Origin: Ranitomeya imitator
Lineage: Eukaryota
Reading direction: 5' to 3'
DNA length: 64,000 nucleotides
NCBI RefSeq assembly: GCF_032444005.1
Contig: NC_091288.1
Span: forward strand, 215,202,001 to 215,266,000
Below, one piece after another: positions 1 through 13,577 of the stretch. Position numbers and translations under genes: made by a program. The notes below the pieces were generated by a model, which was not told the DNA's origin, made no database searches, and saw only the letters and a list, made by a program, of their open reading frames with translations. Each line of letters opens with the position of its first letter. The first letter of the stretch is position 1.

Positions 1-35
1 ACATGATAGCGTGTGATTGTGTCGGGGAAGGGCGG

Positions 36-1090
36 GGCGACGCAAAGGCGACGCCGGAGGGGAGGGCGACGCAAAGGCGACGCCTGAGGGGAGGGCGACG
101 CAAAGGCGACGCCTGAGGGGAGGGCGACGCAAAGGCGACGCCTGAGGGGAGGGCGACGCAAAGGCGACGCCTGAGGGGAGGGCGACGCAAAGGCGACGCC
201 TGAGGGGAGGGCGACGCAAAGGCGACGCCTGAGGGGAGGGCGACGCAAAGGCGACGCCTGAGGGGAGGGCGACGCAAAGGCGACGCCTGAGGGGAGGGCG
301 ACGCAAAGGCGACGCCTGAGGGGAGGGCGACGCAAAGGCGACGCCTGAGGGGAGGGCGACGCAAAGGCGACGCCTGAGGGGAGGGCGACGCAAAGGCGAC
401 GCCTGAGGGGAGGGCGACGCAAAGGCGACGCCTGAGGGGAGGGCGACGCAAAGGCGACGCCTGAGGGGAGGGCGACGCAAAGGCGACGCCTGAGGGGAGG
501 GCGACGCAAAGGCGACGCCTGAGGGGAGGGCGACGCAAAGGCGACGCCTGAGGGGAGGGCGACGCAAAGGCGACGCCTGAGGGGAGGGCGACGCAAAGGC
601 GACGCCTGAGGGGAGGGCGACGCAAAGGCGACGCCTGAGGGGAGGGCGACGCAAAGGCGACGCCTGAGGGGAGGGCGACGCAAAGGCGACGCCTGAGGGG
701 AGGGCGACGCAAAGGCGACGCCTGAGGGGAGGGCGACGCAAAGGCGACGCCTGAGGGGAGGGCGACGCAAAGGCGACGCCTGAGGGGAGGGCGACGCTAA
801 GGCGACGCCTGAGGGGAGGGGGCGACGCAAAGGCGACGCCTGAGGGGAGGGCGACGCAAAGGCGACGCCTGAGGGGAGGGGGCGACGCAAAGGCGACGCC
901 TGAGGGGAGGGGGCGACGCAAAGGCGACGCCTGAGGGGAGGGCGACGCAAAGGCGACGCCTGAGGGGAGGGCGACGCAAAGGCGACGCCTGAGGGGAGGG
1001 CGACGCAAAGGCGACGCTTGAGGGGAGGGCGACGCAAAGGCGACGCTTGAGGGAAGGGCGACGCAAAGGCGATGCTTGGGGGGAGGGCGA
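36..1090. repeat. 29-bp GC/CpG-rich minisatellite (gacgcaaaggcgacgcctgaggggagggc, ~36 copies) in the MGRN1 intron following coding exon 3
   Basis: Near-identical tandem units that begin within 10 nt of the exon donor at 1097. Confidence 0.97.
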
Positions 1091-1097
1091 CTGTTAC

Positions 1098-1984
1098 CTG
1101 ACAAGACGCAGCGAATCCTTGCGAATGTTCACCAGACTGCGCAGCGTCTTCACCGGCTCATGGGGGGCCGGGGTCAGGTACGGGAACTGGAAAGAGAAGT
1201 ATAGACAGCTGCATGATACAGACCGCCACCAACCGCAGCCTGGACTCCGCAGAGGAGCAGGGTCATACCCGAAAAATACACAAGAGAGGAAGCTGAAGAG
1301 GTCGCATGTAAAAAAAAAAAAAGTTTTACAAGAAGAAGAAAACTTTTTTAAAAAGTTCTGCAACTTTCTAACAAACTTTTCCTTTCCCCACATCGGCAGC
1401 CCCTCCGCTCACTTTCATTCAGCGAGTTTCCTTTCCGTTTGTTGCATCTTTTCAGAGCTTTTATGTCGCTTTTATGCCGGTTTCCTGGTGTAAAAAGCTT
1501 TGAAAAGTTGCAGAGCTTGGAGCCAGTTTCCGGCGAGGTTCAGCCCAGTGAGTGGAGCTGGGAGGGAGCGCCATGCCGGGGGTCTGCTGAAATAGAAAGT
1601 TAATCCATTGGGTAAAGGTCGTAACTGGCAAAACAATAAAACCACCAGGAAGGGGCTAAGAGCGCAGCGCCATCCGCGGGCCGTCGGCGGGGACCGCGCA
1701 CCTGGACAGGACGGTTTCCCAGGAAGTTGAGGTCGCTATTCTCCCCGAATAGATAGCCCTCCGGGTGCGGGGTCTCGAACTTCTCTCCCCCCATAAAGAA
1801 ATGGCTGGCGAAATAGTTTCCTGGAAGAAAATAAATTGGTGACATTGAGGAAATGCCGGATCCCAGCTCCCTGCCCCCGGCCGGGGGGCCACTCACCAGA
1901 CTTCGGGGGGTAGCGGTAGGCAGAATTAGCCTGGATGTCGATGTCCTCCACCCCGGCGATCCTCCGACCCCAGACGGCCCCCAT
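1098..1984 (-). CDS. MGRN1: Mahogunin RING finger 1 E3 ligase, first three coding exons: join(1984-1897,1820-1702,1186-1098); gene continues off the left edge
   Basis: Spliced translation MGAVWGRRIAGVEDIDIQANSAYRYPPKSG/NYFASHFFMGGEKFETPHPEGYLFGENSDLNFLGNRPVQ/FPYLTPAPHEPVKTLRSLVNIRKDSLRLVR matches the MGRN1 N-terminus better than paralog RNF157. GT-AG sites, exons 88/119/89 nt with compatible phases, adjacent to UBALD1. Confidence 0.95.
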
Positions 1985-2251
1985 GACCTAGGAGAAAGGC
2001 ACGAGACACAGGTGAGCGCCCCCACAGCCACACCGCCCCTTTAAATATCGCTGCGGGGACGTAATGGCTGTAAGGGGTGACTGAAGAAATATGCCAGCTC
2101 TGCTGCATGGCACTGAATGCAAACATCCAGGAGGCCTTATCACTTCTCACAGCTGAGGGTGCGCTACAGTGTGTCAGTCTCCACATTGCTGCTGGGCAAA
2201 CCACCATATCACAGCGGAATCTCACTGACTGACACAACCCTACCGTACTGC

Positions 2252-2620
2252 CATGCTGGGACTTGTGGTACTATAGGGGCCCGCCCCCACCACTAGAACA
2301 GGGCCGCACACCCCGCACTCACCGACCTAAGGCTCCTCTTGTTTTCGGTTCCTGGGCCTCCTTCTTCCAGAAATCCCCGAGATTCCACCGCTAAGCCGCA
2401 ATGACAGCCGGGAGTCGTAGTTCTTGAAATCTGACGTCATTGTTAGCTAGTCATCTGTAAGAAGGAGCGGAAAAACTACCACTCCCGAAATGCACCGCGA
2501 AATTCCCACAGCTGACAAGCGTCACCAAAGACAACTCTACCCAGACTGTACCAAGAGCGCAGACAGAGAGGGGCGGGAGCGCAGCGATGGTACATTCCGG
2601 GGTTCTGTGTCCAGAATGTC
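2252..2620. promoter_or_regulatory. MGRN1 promoter with ZNF143/THAP11 (SBS/ACTACA)-like motifs
   Basis: ACTACCACTCCCGAAATGC at 2475-2493, reverse ACTACGACTCCC at 2410-2421, reverse TACCACAAGTCCCAGCATG at 2252-2270, TGACGTCA at 2452-2459, GC box near 2570, CpG-rich. Confidence 0.65.
2323..2400 (-). other. MGRN1: Predicted non-coding first exon of MGRN1 (5' start approximate)
   Basis: Donor GTCG|gtgagt at 2323/2322. Acceptor ctcac...tttctcctag|GTCATGG at 1988/1987, 3 nt before the ATG. Confidence 0.65.
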
Positions 2621-2700
2621 GTTATAGAGTCACACGGTGTTCACTATACAGCGCCAAAGAGTAAAGGCACAACTGTGTGATAATGTGCGAGCCCGAGGTG

Positions 2701-5700
2701 CCTCCTGTATTATCCTCCAGAGCTGCACTCACTATTCTGCTGGTGCAGTCACTGTGTACATACATTACATTACTGATCCTGAGTTACATCCTGTATTATA
2801 CTCCAGAGCTGCACTCACTATTCTGCTGGTGCAGTCACTGTGTACATACATTACATTACTGGTCCTGAGTTACATCCTGTATTATACCCCAGAGCTGCAC
2901 TCACTATTCTGCTGGTGCAGTCACTGTGTACATACATTACATTACTGATCCTGAGTTACATCCTGTATTATACCCCAGAGCTGCACTCACTATTCTGCTG
3001 GTGCAGTCACTGTGTACATACATTACATTACTGATCCTGAGTTACCTCCTGTATTATACCCCAGAGCTGCACTCACTATTCTGCTGCTGCAGTCACTGTG
3101 TACATACATTACATTACTGATCCTGAGTTACCTCCTGTATTATACCCCAGAGCTGCACTCACTATTCTGCTGGTGCAGTCACTGTGTACATACATTACAT
3201 TACTGATCCTGAGTTACCTCCTGTATTATACCCCAGAGCTGCACTCACTATTCTGCTGCTGCAGTCACTGTGTACATACATTACTGATCCTGAGTTACAT
3301 CCTGTATTATACCCCAGAGCTGCACTCACTATTCTGCTGGTGCAGTCACTGTGTACATACATTACATTACTGATCCTGAGTTACATCCTGTATTATACCC
3401 CAGAGCTGCACTCACTATTCTGCTGGTGCAGTCACTGTGCACATACATTACTGATCCTGAGTTACATCCTGTATTATACCCCAGAGCTGCACTCACTATT
3501 CTGCTGGTGCAGTCACTGTGTACATACATTACATTACTGATCCTGAGTTACCTCCTGTATTATACCCCAGAGCTGCACTCACTATTCTGCTGCTGCAGTC
3601 ACTGTGTACATACATTACTGATCCCGAGTTACATCCTGTATTATACCCCAGAGCTGCACTCACTATTCTGCTGGTGCAGTCACTGTGTACATACATTACT
3701 GATCCTGAGTTACATCCTGTATTATACCCCAGAGCTGCACTCACTATTCTGCTGGTGCAGTCACTGTGTACATACATTACATTACTGATCCTGAGTTACC
3801 TCCTGTATTATACCCCAGAGCTGCACTCACTATTCTGCTGGTGCAGTCACTGTGTACATACATTACATTACTGATCCTGAGTTACATCCTGTATTATACT
3901 CCAGAGCTGCACTCACTATTCTGCTGGTGCGATCACTGTGTACATACATTACATTACTGATCCTGAGTTACATCCTGTATTATACTCCAGAGCTGCACTC
4001 ACTATTCTGCTGGTGCAGTCACTGTGTACATACATTACATTACTGATCCTGAGTTACATCCAGTATTATACTCCAGAGCTGCACTCACTATTCTGCTGGT
4101 GCAGTCACTGTGTACATACATTACATTACTGATCCTGAGTTATATCCTGTATTATACCCCAGAGCTGCACTCACTATTCTGCTGGTGCGATCACTGTGTA
4201 CATACATTACATTACTGATCCTGAGTTACATCCTGTATTATACTCCAGAGCTGCACTCACTATTCTGCTGGTGCGATCACTGTGTACATACATTACATTA
4301 CTGATCCTGAATTACATCCTGTATTATACTCCAGAGCTGCACTCACTATTCTGCTGGTGCGATCACTGTGTACATACATTACATTACTGATCCTGAGTTA
4401 CATCCTGTATTATACTCCAGAGCTGCACTAACTATTCTGCTGGTGCGATCACTGTGTACATACATTACATTACTGATCCTGAGTTACCTCCTGTATTATA
4501 CCCCAGAGCTGCACTCACTATTCTGCTGGTGCAGTCACTGTGTACATACATTACATTACTGATCCTGAGTTACATCCTGTATTATACCCCAGAGCTGCAC
4601 TCACTATTCTGCTGGTGCAGTCACTGTGTACATACATTACATTACTGATCCTGAGTTACATCCTGTATTATACCCCAGAGCTGCACTCACTATTCTGCAG
4701 GTGCAGTCACTGTGTACATACATTACATTACTGATCCTAAGTTACCTCCTGTATTATACTCCAGAGCTGCACTCACTATTCTGCTGGTGCAGTCACTGTG
4801 TACATACATTACATTACTGATCCTGAGTTACCTCCTGTATTATACTCCAGAGCTGCACTCACTATTCTGCTGGTGCAGTCACTGTGTACATACATTACTG
4901 ATCCTGAGTTACCTCCTGTATTATACTCCAGAGCTGCACTCACTATTCTGCTGGTGCAGTCACTGTGTACATACATTACATTACTGATCCTGAGTTACCT
5001 CCTGTATTATACTCCAGAGCTGCACTCACTATTCTGCTGGTGCAGTCACTGTGTACATACATTACATTACTGATCCTGAGTTACATCCTGTATTATTCTC
5101 CAGAGCTGCACTCATTATTCTGCTGGTGCAGTCACTGTGTACATACATTACATTACTGATCCGGAGTTACATCCTGTATTATACTCCAGAGCTGCACTCA
5201 CTATTCTGCTGGTGCAGTCACTGTGTACATACATTACTGATCCTGAGTTACCTCCTGTATTATACTCCAGAGCTGCACTCACTATTCTGCTGGTACAGTC
5301 ACTGTGTACATACATTACATTACTGATCCTGAGTTACCTCCTGTATTATACTCCAGAGCTGCACTCACTATTCTGCTGGTGCAGTCACTGTGTACATACA
5401 TTACATTACTGATCCTGAGTTACACCCCATATTATACCCCAGAGCTGCACTCACTATTCTGCTGGTGCAGTCACTGTGTACATACATTACATTACTGATC
5501 CTGAGTTACCTCCTGTATTATACTCCAGAGCTGCACTCACTATTCTGCTGGTGCAGTCACTGTGTACATACATTACTGATCCTGAGTTACCTCCTGTATT
5601 ATACTCCAGAGCTGCACTCACTATTCTGCTGGTGCAGTCACTGTGTACATACATACATTACTGATCCTGAGTTACCTCCTGTATTATACTCCAGAGCTGC

Positions 5701-6658
5701 ACTCACTATTCTGCTGGTGCAGTCACTGTGTACATACATTACATTACTGATCCTGAGTTACATCCTGTATTATTCTCCAGAGCTGCACTCATTATTCTGC
5801 TGGTGCAGTCACTGTGTACATACATTACATTACTGATCCTGAGTTACATCCTGTATTATTCTCCAGAGCTGCACTCACTATTCTGCTGGTGCAGTCACTG
5901 TGTACATACATTACTGATCCTGAGTTACCTCCTGTATTATACTCCAGAGCTGCACTCACTATTCTGCTGGTACAGTCACTGTGTACATACATTACATTAC
6001 TGATCCTGAGTTACCTCCTGTATTATACCCCAGAGCTGCACTCACTATTCTGCTGGTGCAGTCACTGTGTACATACATTACTGATCCTGAGTTACCTCCT
6101 GTATTATACTCCAGAGCTGCACTCACTATTCTGCTGGTACAGTCACTGTGTACATACATTACATTACTGATCCTGAGTTACCTCCTGTATTATACCCCAG
6201 AGCTGCACTCACTATTTTGCTGGTGCAGTCACTGTGTACATACATTACATTACTGATCCTGAGTTACATCCTGTATTATACCCCAGAGCTGCACTCACTA
6301 TTCTGCTGGTGCAGTCACTGTGTACATACATTACATTACTGATCCTGAGTTACCTCCTGTATTATACTCCAGAGCTGCACTCACTATTCTGCTGGTGCAG
6401 TCACTGTGTACATACATTACATTACTGATCCTGAGTTACCTCCTGTATTATACCCCAGAGCTGCACTCACTATTCTGCTGGTGCGATCACTGTGTACATA
6501 CATTACATTACTGATCCTGAGTTACCTCCTGTATTATACCCCAGAGCTGCACTCACTATTCTGCTGGTGCGATCACTGTGTACATACATTACATTATTGA
6601 TCCTGAGTTACATCCTGTATTATACCCCAGAGCTGCACTCACTATTCTGCTGGTGCAG
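2701..6658 (+). repeat. 86-bp satellite array 1 (~46 monomers, some 81-bp variants)
   Basis: Unit gtgcagtcactgtgtacatacattacattactgatcctgagttacatcctgtattatactccagagctgcactcactattctgctg; ORF-track starts recur every 86 nt. Confidence 0.98.
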
Positions 6659-7046
6659 GTGATTTGTAAACATTGATTGTTGCAGCAGCACCAGGGAGGT
6701 CACTGCCTGAATGACGTCATCAGCCAACCCAGAAATCCCTTGTAGCACAACGCAGTCAAACTGGCCGGAGCCGTGCATCACACCAGACCACGCCCACACC
6801 GTCCGGTCCTCTACTGCTATTGGTGAGCGGGATAGTTACCATATATGGTCTGCCACTTCCACAGCTAAAGCACCCATTGGCTGAGAGGCGAGGCCTCCTG
6901 GTGATGTCACTACACAAACAAAGCGCAGCATGCTGGGAGATGTAGTTCCTTGTCAGAAGATACCATGTGCAGGTAGGACGACTTTTCTAGCATTGCTCAG
7001 TACAACTCCCCTCAGACATTACTTGTCTGCATTGTGTAATAATAAG

Positions 7047-7266
7047 GCCACATTCACACTATCAGTATTTTACATCAGTATTTTACATCAGTATTTTACA
7101 TCAGTATTTTACATCAGTATTTGTAGCCATATCCAGTAGTGGGTGATAAATGCAGAAGTGGTGCAGATGTTTCTATTATACTTTCCCTCTGATTGTTCTA
7201 CTCCTGGTTTTGGCTACAAATACTGATGTAAAATACTGACCGAATACTGCTAGTGTGACGGCAGCC
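7047..7266. mobile_element. Degenerate PIF/Harbinger-like MITE
   Basis: ggccacattcacacta...tagtgtgacggcagcc ends; internal inverted catcagtattttac / gtaaaatactgatg repeats. Confidence 0.5.
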
Positions 7267-7325
7267 TAATAATAATCTTTATTTTAATATAGCGCTCCCC
7301 TATTCCGCAGCGCTGTACAGTTTGC
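7267..7325 (-). mobile_element. Short 3'-end fragment of an L2-type LINE or related SINE
   Basis: taataataatcttt-attttaatatagcgc...tattccgcagcgctgtaca resembles the 3' end of the L2 at ~53040-53103. Confidence 0.55.
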
Positions 7326-7627
7326 ACACATTATCATTGTGTTGGAGTCAATGTTACTGCGGTTTGTGGCGACAATGTCGTGTGCGATTTGTGAGCGCGA
7401 TATGTGCTGACCAATCAGACGTGACGTCACAGATCAGCAGAAAGCGACTAAACGGCGACAGGTCGTACCATGTGTGTTATGTGGGGGGAGTCGTGTATGG
7501 AACTTCCTAGAAATCTCCAGCCACGCACAGCAGCGTAGAAAACTACAGCTCCCAGCATGCAGTGCAGCTGTCCGCCTCTACTGGGTTTGTCTGGCTGATG
7601 GGCAGCTGCAGGGAGGCGGTGAGAGCA

Positions 7628-9450
7628 GAGTGTTGTGTTTGTAGATGTGCGGCCCCCGGTGTGTTGTTTGTAGATGTGCGGCCCCCGGTGTGTTGTGTTT
7701 GTAGATGTGCGGCCCCCGGTGTGTTGTGGTTGTAGATGTGCGGCCCCCGGTGTGTTGTGGTTGTAGATGTGCGGCCCCCGGTGTGTTGTAGATGTGCGGC
7801 CCCCGGTGTGTTGTGGATGTAGATGTGCGGCCCCCGGTGTGTTGTGGATGTAGATGTGCGGCCCCCGGTGTGTTGTGGTTGTAGATGTGTGGCCCCCGGT
7901 GTGTTGTGGATGTAGATGTGCGGCCCCCGGTGTGTTGTTTGTAGATGTGTGGCCCCCGGTGTGTTGTGGATGTAGATGTGCGGCCCCCGGTGTGTTGTTT
8001 GTAGATGTGCGGCCCCCGATGTGTTGTGGTTGTAGATGTGCGGCCCCTGGTGTGTTGTAGATGTGCGGCCCCCGGTGTGTTGTGGTTGTAGATGTGCGGC
8101 CCCCGGTGTGTTGTAGATGTGTGGCCCCCGGTGTGTTGTGGTTGTAGATGTGCGGCCCCCGGTGTGTTGTTTGTAGATGTGTGGCCCCCGGTGTGTTGTG
8201 GATGTAGATGTGCGGCCCCCGGTGTGTTGTTTGTAGATGTGCGGCCCCCGATGTGTTGTGGTTGTAGATGTGCGGCCCCTGGTGTGTTGTTTGTAGATGT
8301 GCGGCCCCCGGTGTGTTGTTTGTAGATGTGCGGCCCCCGATGTGTTGTGGTTGTAGATGTGCGGCCCCTGGTGTGTTGTAGATGTGCGGCCCCCGGTGTG
8401 TTGTGTTTGTAGATGTGCGGCCCCCGGTGTTGTGTCTGTAGATGTGCGGCCCCCGGTGTGTTGTGTCTGTAGATGTGCGGCCCCCGGTGTGTTGTGTCTG
8501 TAGATGTGCGGCCCCCGGTGTGTTGTGTTTGTAGATGTGCGGCCCCCGGTGTGTTGTGGTTGTAGATGTGCGGCCCCCCCGGTGTGTTGTGGTTGTAGAT
8601 GTGCGGCCCCCGGTGTGTTGTGTCTGTAGATGTGCGGCCCCCGGTGTGTTGTGGTTGTAGATGTGCGGCCCCCGGTGTGTTGAAGATGTGCGGCCCCCGG
8701 TGTGTTGTGGTTGTAGATGTGCGGCCCCCGGTGTGTTGTGTCTGTAGATGTGCGGCCCCCGGTGTGTTATGTCTGTAGATGTGCGGCCCCCGGTGTGTTG
8801 TGTTTGTAGATGTGCGGCCCCCGGTGTGTTGTGGTTGTAGATGTGCGGCCCCCGGTGTGTTGTGGTTGTAGATGTGCGGCCCCCGGTGTGTTGTAGATGT
8901 GCGGCCCCCGATGTGTTGTGGTTGTAGATGTGCGGCCCCTGGTGTGTTGTAGATGTGCGGCCCCCGGTGTGTTGTGTCTGTAGATGTGCGGCCCCCGGTG
9001 TGTTGTGTCTGTAGATGTGCGGCCCCCGGTGTGTTGTGTTTGTAGATGTGCGGCCCCCGGTGTGTTGTGGTTGTAGATGTGCGGCCCCCCCGGTGTGTTG
9101 TGGTTGTAGATGTGCGGCCCCCGGTGTGTTGAAGATGTGCGGCCCCCGGTGTGTTGTGGTTGTAGATGTGCGGCCCCCGGTGTGTTGAAGATGTGCGGCC
9201 CCCGGTGTGTTGTGGTTGTAGATGTGCGGCCCCCGGTGTGTTGTGGTTGTAGATGTGCGGCCCCCGGTGTGTTGTGTTTGTAGATGTGCGGCCCCCCCGG
9301 TGTGTTGTGGTTGTAGATGTGCGGCCCCCGGTGTGTTGTGTTTGTAGATGTGCGGCCCCCCCGGTGTGTTGTGGTTGTAGATGTGCGGCCCCCGGTGTGT
9401 TGTGGTTGTAGATGTGCGGCCCCCGGTGTGTTGTGGTTGTAGATGTGTGG
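7628..9450. repeat. 31-bp minisatellite (tgtagatgtgcggcccccggtgtgttgtggt, with 22/28-bp variants) in the predicted first intron of UBALD1
   Basis: Tandem units; the 31-aa periodicity of the spurious 806-aa ORF equals three units. Confidence 0.96.
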
Positions 9451-9532
9451 TCCGTGTGTGGGGGGCTCCTACCAGCGTTCTCCTACATTTCTGCCTCTGA
9501 CCCGGCTTTGTCTCCCCAGAGCGGCGCAGTGA

Positions 9533-12227
<2,695 letters not shown>

Positions 12228-13577
12228 GGCGCCAAGGACTGATGGATGGACACCAAGAAAGGGGCAGGACGGAAGGGGGGCGTGAAGACTTAAACCAGCC
12301 ACCTCAGCAGTGCGGCAGCAATCTTCTTTCTGACACTCTCGTTACCTCACTTGCCTGCAGAGCATTGCACCGCGCCATCCGCCTGGCTCCGCCAACAGAT
12401 GCTCTGCATGATTTACCACAGGGCAGAGCCGCCAGCCATACCTCATACTGCACTGAAGCATTTCGGGGCCTCGGCACGCGGAGCTCACGGTGTCGGGACT
12501 TATAGTTTTGTTTTGGGATGTCAGTTAACTCTTTTTGTTATTTACTAGCGGTTTTCAGAAGTTGATTAAAAAAAAATAAAATAACACTTTTAATCTTTCA
12601 TGGACCTGTAACCTGGTGGGGGACCTGCAAAATGCCGGAACGGTGAAAAAATGACTCTAATATCTCATTTAATTGAAATGTCGGCCTCTGAGGCCTGAGG
12701 CTGCCCTACTGAGGGGGCCTGAGGCTGCACTACTGAGACAGGTGCTCATGACCACAGCCACTGCGATGTCTATAACCTGCCGCAGCTGACTGTACACTGG
12801 TGTGTGCGGTGATCTGGCTCCATGCAAGGTTTCCATAGCAACACTACATCAGACTCAGTGGTGCAGCCTCAGGCCTGTAACGTGAGATGAGCATCTGTAG
12901 GCCTGATATAGAAAAAGAGGGTTTCACATTTATGGTGGGTCTTCCAATTGTGTAAGTTAAGGGTGGCGTTACCCGGGCCAGTGTCTCAGCCGTGGTCAAT
13001 GAGACATCTCAGACCCAAAGAGAATAATTTAGACACAGATTCGGGCTCATGGTCCAAATCCTGACCACTAAAATATACATATTTAATTTTACAGCTGTCT
13101 GTAGTCCTGACTGGCAAACTACAGGAATTACAAGGTAGATTTGTCATTCGGGCCTGCAGGAAAGGGACAGCCTAGGCCTTGCTTTATTTATATGGACTTT
13201 GTTGCCCATAGCAACCAATCACAGCACAGCTTTCATTTAGTAAACTGTTCTGGTGAAATGAAAGCTGCTGTGTGATTGGTCGTTATGGGCCGCTAAGACA
13301 ATTTTCCTTTTTAGCTTGGTTTGACAAACGTCCCCTCTGATGTAATCGTGGCCAAATCGCCCACAGGGGCTGACATGGCGTCTGGTACTGTGGAGATGGT
13401 GGTCACCACCTAGAAAAAAATATTAGTAAACTGCTGCACAGAATTGTGGCCAAAGTGTTATTTTGTGAAATTTTAGAATTGGGTTTGGGGTCAGGATGGA
13501 GACTGACAACAGGAAGGACGGATATGTTTGCCCCGTACCTGACCGGCCATACGTGACCTGCTTATCTACCCAGCGAC

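Larger units (their letters stand above)
6700..7618 (+). promoter_or_regulatory. UBALD1 promoter region and predicted non-coding first exon ending at 7618
   Basis: SBS motifs ACTACAGCTCCCAGCATGC at 7542-7560 and reverse ACTACATCTCCCAGCATGC at 6928-6946, CCAAT/ATTGG boxes, TGACGTCA sites, donor GCG|gtgaga at 7618/7619. Confidence 0.6.

Noticed and set aside
1656-1984. RNF157 as the identity of the first gene
   Set aside because: Residues RRIAGVEDIDIQANSAY, GNYFASHFFM and TPAPHEP fit MGRN1, as does the UBALD1 neighbour.
2637-6600. Dozens of 64-148 aa ORFs (MYIHYITDPEL...), also at 43092-59690
   Set aside because: Translations of the 86-bp satellite; no coding signature.
12829-12842. X-box-like GTTTCCATAGCAAC (and a similar motif near 32843)
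   Set aside because: CATAGCAAC is common in frog repeats (e.g. ~13207) and there is no promoter context.
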